Source of the DNA: the human T2T-CHM13v2.0 reference genome, Homo sapiens | Strand: one strand, 5' to 3' | Assembly: GCF_009914755.1 (NCBI RefSeq) | Contig: NC_060947.1 | DNA length: 64,000 nucleotides | Shown here: piece by piece, positions 56,485 to 64,000 of the stretch | Numbering within the stretch: position 1 is the first letter of the stretch | How the letters are laid out: every line of letters begins with the position of its first letter | Notes under the pieces: model-generated | The model's database searches: none | What the model saw: only the letters and a program-made list of their open reading frames with translations | What the model was told of the DNA's origin: nothing | Program-made: the position numbers and the translations under genes

Positions 56485-58436
56485 TGTTTTATTTTTTATA
56501 ATGACTATTTCAAATGTTTTAATAATGAGTGGTAGTATATTAAAAAATCTTAGTATGTATAAAGAAGATATATCAGTTATTAGAAAGTTGGAACTTATGA
56601 TATTTAAAAATGTGGTGACATATATCACAAAATCTTGCCATTTCAAGAACGTTATATAAATGGAGTGATATTGTATGTGACATTTTGAGAGTGGTGTTAC
56701 TTATTCAGCCAAATGGCCTCAGGGTCCATCCAGTTGTTGTGTGAACTAGTCATTCATTTATTTTTATTTTTGAATAATATTCCACTGCATGGATGTATTC
56801 CAGTTTGTTTAACCACTCATTCAGTGTCATTTTGGTTGTTTCCAATTTTATGCTAGTATCAAAAGCAATTTTTAAAAGATACATTATTGATATGTAAGTG
56901 CTTAATTGATTTTATTTTGTTTTCTTTTCAGTTTGTTCCTCTGTTCTTCATTTCCCTGTTTTTTTTTCCTAATTGCCTTCCTCTGGGTTACTTACAGTTA
57001 TTTTCTAATTAAACATTAGTTTATTTACAGTGCTTATATGCATATGGCTCATCACCACCTGCTAGTCTCAGCATCTTACTTGTTTGAGAGAAGGGTAGAA
57101 ATTTTCCTTTCCTTTATCTCTCTTTACCTTTCCCTATCTATAATACAATTATCTTAATTATATATTCAACATGCATTCACAACCACATAATACAATGCTA
57201 TACTTTTTTTGCTTCAACTATTAAACATAATTTAGAAAAATCAAGGAAAGAAGAAGAGGCCATTGTATTAACTGAAATGTTTTCTCTTTCTGTTATTTTG
57301 TCTTCCTTCCTGGTATTCCAATTTTCTTTCTTTATTGTTTACTTTATGTTTTAAAACTTTAAGTAGTTCTTCAAGGGTAGGCTTGTTGGAGACAACATCT
57401 CTTAGTTTTCCTTCACCTATGTCTAGGGTTCTACATTAATTCATAAACAAATGTGTTAGCTAGATATATAATCATGTGTTGACAGTGATTTGTATTCAAC
57501 ACATAAAAATCCTGTGTTGGTGTTTGTTGGACTTCATGGTTTTTAATGAAAAATACACTGTTAGACAATGCGTTTTGTCCTACATAGATGATGCATCATT
57601 TCTCTCCAACGCTTTCAAGATTTATTTCTTTGCCTTTAAGTTTCTGTAGTTAAACCAGGTTGCATCCTGGTGTGAATGTCTTTAAGTTTATTCTGTTTGA
57701 GTTCACAGTTTCTTCAATTTGTACATTTATTACTTTTGCTAAATTAGGAAACATTTTCAGTTATGTATTTTTTTCAGCACAAATTATTTCCCCTTTCCTT
57801 CTGGGATTCCAATCATATAAAGTTAGGTCCCTGAAAATCTATACATAATTTTCTATTTTTTCTGCTATTTAAATTGGGTTAAAACAATTTCTATTCTATC
57901 TTCAAACTCACTTATCTTTCCTTTGTTTTCTCCATTCTTCTGTTAAGCCTGTCTGGTAATCTTTTATTCAGTTACTATATTTGTTAGTCCTAAAATTTTC
58001 GTTTTGTTATTCTCTATGTCTTCTATTTCTTCTCTGAAACTTTCTACGTTTTCATCTGTCTCAAGAGTTTTTAATTGCTCATTGAAGGAATGTTATGTTT
58101 TAGTATGGACAGTGATTCTCAGTTATATCCTGGACATTTAGGATTATGTTTGAGGTTTTGCACATTGTTTAATTATTTTGTTGTAGGAGACCTCTTCTGA
58201 GATCATGCCTATGGGAGAAGTGGAGTATCACCTCACTACAGGAAGGAGGGGTGGAAGTCCATATTTTCCCTGTAATCTCTGTGATCCATGTTGATAAGGC
58301 CACTGTGGGATTGTGAGGAGGGTAAAGAGATGTCTCATAATGACTGCAATGACACCACAATGGGAAACAGGCAAACTTGTCACCCTGACTCTCCACTGGG
58401 TTTCTTCTGACACCACCCCAGTGGGGACAGAGAGAG

Positions 58437-59322
58437 AGTTTGAATTAGGGTTCTCTGAGAAAGACTTTATAGAAGATAGACAGATACATAGATAGATTCA
58501 AAGAGATTTATTAAGAGAAAGTGGTTCACAAAATGGAAAATTAGAGGTCCTAAAATCTGTAGGCAGCAAGTTGGAGATTCAGAAGAGTTGGTAGTCTGTG
58601 TTCTAGTCCGAGACTAAAGGCCTGAGATCCAGGACAGCTCATGGGGTGAGTTCCAATCTGAGTCTGAAGGCCTGAGACCCGGGAGAGCCAATGGTGTGAG
58701 TTCAAGTCTGAGTCTGAAGGCCTGAGACTCAGGAGAGCTGAGGGTATGAGTTCTAGTCTGAGTCTGAAGGACTGAGTTAAGACCCAGGAGAGTTGATGGT
58801 GTGAGTTACAGTCTGAACCTGAAGGCCTGAGACCTGGGAGAACTGAGGGTGTGAGGTCCAGTCTGAGCTTGAAGGCCTGAGACCCAAGAGAGTTGATGGT
58901 GTGAGTTCCAGCCTTAGCCTGAAGACCTGAGACCCAGGAGAGCTGAGGGTGTGAATTTCAATCTGAGTCTGAAATTCCAAGACCTAGGAGAGCTGGTGGT
59001 GTGGGGTCCAGACTGAAAACCCAAGACCCAGGAGAACCAATGGTGTAGGTGCCAGTTTAGAGACAGGAGAATCCTATGTTTAGCTGAATCAGTCAGGGAG
59101 GTGAGGTTCCCTCTTACTCAGTCTCTGTGTTCTATTCCGGTCTTCAATAGATTGGAGAGGACCCACCAACAGCAGGGGGGCAATCCACTGTATTAAGTGT
59201 ATGAATTCAAATGGGAATCTCATCCAAGTACCCACCTCACAGACACATTCAAAATAATGATTTCCCAAATATCTGGGCACCCTGTGACCCAGTCAACTTG
59301 ATACAAAAAATTAACCATTATA
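58437..59322 (-). mobile_element. MLT2D-like ERVL LTR with internal tandem expansion
   Basis: TTAGGGTTCTC start and CCCAGTCAACTTGATACAAAAAATTAACCATTA end. Confidence 0.85.
58570..59065. repeat. Minisatellite, 50 bp unit, ~9-10 copies
   Basis: Unit ~GGCCTGAGACCCAGGAGAGCTGATGGTGTGAGTTCCAGTCTGAGTCTGAA; unit starts at 58619, 58669, 58719, 58769, 58824, 58874, 58924. Confidence 0.93.
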
Positions 59323-60739
59323 GTTGCCTTGCTTCTGCCTGGTAGGAGTGACAGTCCAGACCAGTTAGTCTTGTCTGATATCCACCTGGTTGTTGGAGAG
59401 TTATAATTTGTTACAGATGGGCAAAGGTGGGAGTTTATGCTTCAAGATCGGTCTTTGCTGATGGGGTGGGTGGGAAACCACAGTGTGTCTGAGGTATATG
59501 TTGGACACACAGAAAATCCAGAGAACTCATTCCCATGTTTTTCCCCACTTACTCAGGTCTTTAGTTGGTCTTCTTTCTTCTTCTCTTCATCTGTCAGGGA
59601 CTTCTTATACTTGCTTTATGTATAATGTCCAGGTTTTATGGCTGTATTTAGGGGTGGAAACCAGGAGAAGTGCATCTACTCCATCTTGTACCAGAATCAC
59701 AAATTTGAAGTATTGCATCTTTTTCAGTATGACTGAAAAATATCTGCAAACTCATTTACAAATTTGCAAGTGGTGCACAAAGTAAATCCCCTTACATATT
59801 TCTGTTTGACCACATAATTGTTTGAATCAAGTGAAATTGCATAAATAAAATCCATGTAGTTACAAACCAAATGGACTATCTATCCACAGACTATAATTTG
59901 TAACAGTCAAATATACCTGTTTCTAATCTAACAAAGGCTTCAGAGAGACTTTCTAAGAATAAGTTTCAGTTTGAATACTCAGAAACTCTGGGGATTTTGA
60001 GCACAGTAGGTTAATACTAGACAGGATTCAATAAATTGTAGACTTTCAAAATTGTTTTCCTTAGAACTTCAAATCTTCCTACACTTTTAAAATTGTTTTT
60101 TCTGCATTAAACAATGTTATATATCGTTTAAAAAAGTGTCTTATGTTAATATTCAGCACAATTTATTTGCATGTTCTACTTTGTGTTCTAGTGAAAGTTA
60201 AATATTTGATAGCTTGAATAATTCTTTCATCTTTGATCTGAAGCTGCATTTTGAAAATATTGACTGAGAACACAATGAAGTACATAATCATTTTCCAGAT
60301 GGTAGCAATGACTGGAATGGGTGAGGCATGTCTCAGTAGCAACATTTCACTTCCTTCAAGATCTGACTTTCTATAAATTATTCCTAATGCAACGCAGCTA
60401 AGAACCAAGACAAGAATGTAATTGAAGTAGCCTCTGAGTAATTAATAATTTACTTTCTCTATGTGGCCACCCTCAGGACCTAAGTCAAATAAAGAGTCTA
60501 CAAAAACACCTTAAGAGGAAAAAAATTTTTTTAAAGCTTATAATGGATATGCATCAATTGATCCATGTGGAAAAAGACAGAAAAGCCATTTTAGAAACAA
60601 CAATCTGAGGTTATTTAACATAAGGTTATAGAACTCTATACACTTGAATATCTACCAAGTTCATTCTGTATGATCCAGTAGAAGAACAATGATAACTCTT
60701 TGTGGGTACTGCACTGCTTAGATGTTATTTTTGAAAACC

Positions 60740-60905
60740 GCTCTAGACTTTTAATACCTTCCCTCACTGAGTTTTGAGTTATTAATGCAACCATTTTACA
60801 GATGAAGGCAGATAAAACACAAATTTTAAAGCCTTGTGTGAAGCCATATGGTTGACGGGAATGAGAATCCCTTATGTGAAGACATTTTGATAGTCTACTC
60901 TGAAT
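60740..60905 (-). mobile_element. MIR fragment
   Basis: CCATTTTACAGATGAAGGCA core. Confidence 0.6.
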
Positions 60906-62558
60906 CATTGACCAGTAACAGTTTATGTGACTCTAGAGTTTAATGATCACATTACTTTGGGAATATAGAGTTTTGTGATCTGGGAAGACATATAAATGTG
61001 TTTCTGTGATCTACTCACATGCATATGAGAGTTATATTTCATGTAAATTTTAGCCCAGAGAAAGGGGTTAATCTCTTTAGCCTGTGGATGTATATCAGAC
61101 TTTTAAGGAATTCTCCTGAGATTTTTTTCTCTGCGATACTTTTCAGACAATTTCAAGTTTATTCTGCTTCACCTGTCATACTGGCAACCTGCACTAAGAG
61201 TTTGTCACCAAACTGCCATTGTTAAGTTTGGAACGTCTTTAAGTCTAAATGGTTATGCAACTTGGGAATGACCAGATCATTTTCCAAGAGGGTATGATAC
61301 ATCCTGTTGGTGAAGGCAGCACATTCTGGCTGGCCAGATGGATGAATCTGTGACTTCTCCCGCCATGACAGGGTTTGAATGAGACTCCAAGCCAATGGGT
61401 ATAGTTTTCAGCTCCCTAAGTGATCACCAATGAGGCTGGATGGTGTAATCCACGAATGTGCCACTAGCTTGTGGTGGAGTGAATCAGTGTTGTTGTGTAT
61501 TTTCTTTAGTCTTTGTTTCTCAGTGCTCATATGGATGTGCCTATCTGCTATAAAACCAAGTCATTAAAAATATTTAAATCTGATATAATTACACAGACTT
61601 ACATGGATAAGATACATAGGGTATTATCTTTACTCTTTCAAATGTATAAACTGTTTGCTTCTAGTTAGTTCACACCAGAGGGCAGACTCATTCTTTCCTT
61701 TAACTTAAAGAATCAAATTGTTGGTAAATTATAAACTTCTAGATAATGTGCTCTTGAGTTTATAGCACTTGAAATTGATTCATTGAAGTGTATATTTGTG
61801 GATATACATATGTATATATATGATATATATATCATTGATTCACATATTTTTTATATATATACATATATTTTATTTGTAATTACTATTATTTTTCAAGTGC
61901 CTGTGTGTATTTTAAAATTATTGTCTACTTAGTATTCTGGGGAAAAAAAATTAGGAAACTAACGCTCTTATATGCTATTTTACAGGGGTTATGTCCAAAG
62001 TCATAAAACAAGAAAGAGGTGAACCAGGATGTAAATGAAAAATTGACATATTAATAAAATGTGACAATTTCACCCAATGTATGTAGCCAGAAGTCAGACA
62101 CAGTCAAGAAGTTGGGAGTTAAAAGATACAAATTATTAAGAACTAAAGAAGAGAACTATTTCATGGGGTTCGCATTGTGAGTTGATGAATTAATGTAGAA
62201 AATGGTAATTTGGTCTCCTTCATTCCCATGGTAAATGTCTTCATTGATCATGGAAAAGAACATATTATTGGAGATGTGTGTCAAGATGTTCCTTTGGCTG
62301 AATCTCTAATCATCATGCTTGTCACTACCCATGAATGATCCAAAAAAGTTCCACTTTATGATTGACCAGGTACCTAATACACACTGTAACTTTTGCTAGG
62401 ATATGCAATTTTGACTTAAGATGGAAATTTGGCTTCTCCTCTCATACTGGCTGAATCTAAGTAGCAGCTGAACATTGATTCCAAAGAGATGAACCCTACT
62501 GAATGCGTTTGTGAAAAGATGGTAGGGTAAAGATACATGCAGCAATATAGAACCTCCA

Positions 62559-62854
62559 GGCTGGGTGCTGTGGCTCATGCCTGTAATCCTAGTGGTTTGG
62601 AAAGCTGAAGAGTGGGAGGATAACTTGAGCTCAGATGTTTGACACCAGCCTGGGCAGCATAGTGAGACTCTGCCTCTACAAAGAAATTTTAAAACTTAGC
62701 TGGGCGTGGAGGTGGACACCTGTAGTCCCAGCTACTCAGGTAGCTGAGGTGGTGTTAGCCCAGGAAGTCAAGGCTGCAGTAAGCTGTGACTGCACCACTG
62801 TACTCCAGCCTGGGTGACAGAATGAGACTCTGTCTCAAACAAACAAACAAAAAC
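62559..62854 (+). mobile_element. AluJ
   Basis: Full Alu; TSD AATATAGAACCTCC/AACATAGAACTTCC. Confidence 0.93.
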
Positions 62855-64000
62855 AACATAGAACTTCCTGAAGTTTCTAGATCATTATACCAACCCTCGA
62901 TTTCAGTGGATAAGGGGGTTCGAAGAGAGGCTTGCAGGTAGATAGAGTGCCTTATAATTTCTAGTGCCTTCTTGTTAATACTCTGTAATCTGGTCATTCA
63001 TCTTATTTTTGCTCATTTTTCAGGGGTCAGGAGGTAGAAGCTTTCTTTAAATTATAGATTAGAGAATTAGTTCATAAATGATTACAAAATGTATGATTAT
63101 TATTGTTTTCCATTTTATGTATTTATCTTTAAATAACCTGTTTCAATATCCAAGATAGTGTACTACATGTAAATCCCACATTCTATAGTGATATAAACTT
63201 AGATTTTCATATAACACTATAGTTTACAATGTCCTTTCACTTGTTTTATTTGCTCATTGGGAATTTGTGCTTTATTGAATTAAAAATCAAATGAGGGAGA
63301 TAAAGTTTTATGGTTTCTCATGCATGCAACAGGACCAAGAATTTTACCAGGGTTTCCTGGTTAAAAATCCAAATGGCTACTTATTCATGTAAGTGTGTCC
63401 CGTGTGGTAAAGTACAGTTGCACTGTGAAAAAAAAGCCAATGATACTATATATAGTACACATGACAAACGTGTACACCCAGGAACAAAGCTTCTTAGATC
63501 AGTGGTGAATTGGAAATTCCAACCAAGGAAAAAGCAAAAAAGCAACATGAGGACCTTTCTTGACATTTCTTTTTCACATCTTTTCTGGAAACCAGATCTG
63601 TGTTTTCAAAAGGAAAGGAAATGAGAACAGGTGAAATTTGAAAGAGATAGTTTAAAATCATTTTTATGACATCCATGAACATATATATTCTATAACATAA
63701 AGTATTATGGTAAATCAAAGTAAGTTTATTTGCAAACATTATTTCAAAGTAAGTTAAAATATTATATTGACAATTAAAATTAGCATGCTAAATATATATT
63801 AATTTATATATATTTATATATATGTATGTTGTGTTGTTGGTGTATGTAATCAAGCTAAACAAAGGCGAAAACCTATTTTTACAGCAATCTCCAGCTGCTC
63901 AAAAGTAGGCTGCTCTAAGTAACCTATTCTAGTGAGTCAGTACTTAAGACCAAGAAGCACTATAATACCAGTACATAACTGTTCTTACAAAATTGTCAGA

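Larger units (their letters stand above)
55280..59700 (-). mobile_element. Mosaic of old L1M fragments (interrupted by AluJ and MLT2D)
   Basis: TATTCCACTGCATGGATGTATTCCAGTTTGTTTAACC, TTTCCTTCTGGGATTCCAAT and L1MC-like 5' sequence at 58190-58430, resuming after 59322. Confidence 0.55.

Noticed and set aside
58570-59065. Regular repeats as a CRISPR-like array
   Set aside because: Contiguous tandem units without unique spacers, inside a primate LTR; no cas genes.
61797-61870. Short palindromes in a TA-rich tract
   Set aside because: Expected from (TA)n low-complexity sequence.

Overview
AT-rich, non-coding primate (probably human or ape) genomic DNA, either intronic or intergenic. I find no credible protein-coding gene, RNA gene, CpG island or CRISPR array; the supplied ORFs are Alu, L1, LTR or microsatellite read-throughs or chance ORFs. 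The window holds about 24 Alu/FLAM copies, several 3' fragments of primate L1 and many old L1M, L2 and MIR fragments. It also holds many solo LTRs (MLT1, MST, THE1B, MLT2A, MLT2D, MER4, LTR33), three hAT DNA elements (MER58A, MER53, MER1) and two large GATA-rich repeats. Repeat calls come from my recall of consensus sequences plus target-site duplications (TSDs) read in the sequence, so subfamily names and edges are approximate. I see no evidence of a new biological system. The best second-look items are structural or regulatory: a TSD-bounded MER4 LTR interrupted by a segment containing MLT2A plus non-MER4 flanks; a ~55 bp-arm inverted repeat and a dispersed ~55 bp duplication in unique DNA at 12.9-16.2 kb, flanking a TATA+Inr candidate; a 50 bp minisatellite expansion inside MLT2D; a cluster of seven TGCTGA (Maf half-site) motifs; DUX4-type motifs in three LTRs; and several atypical L1 junctions.
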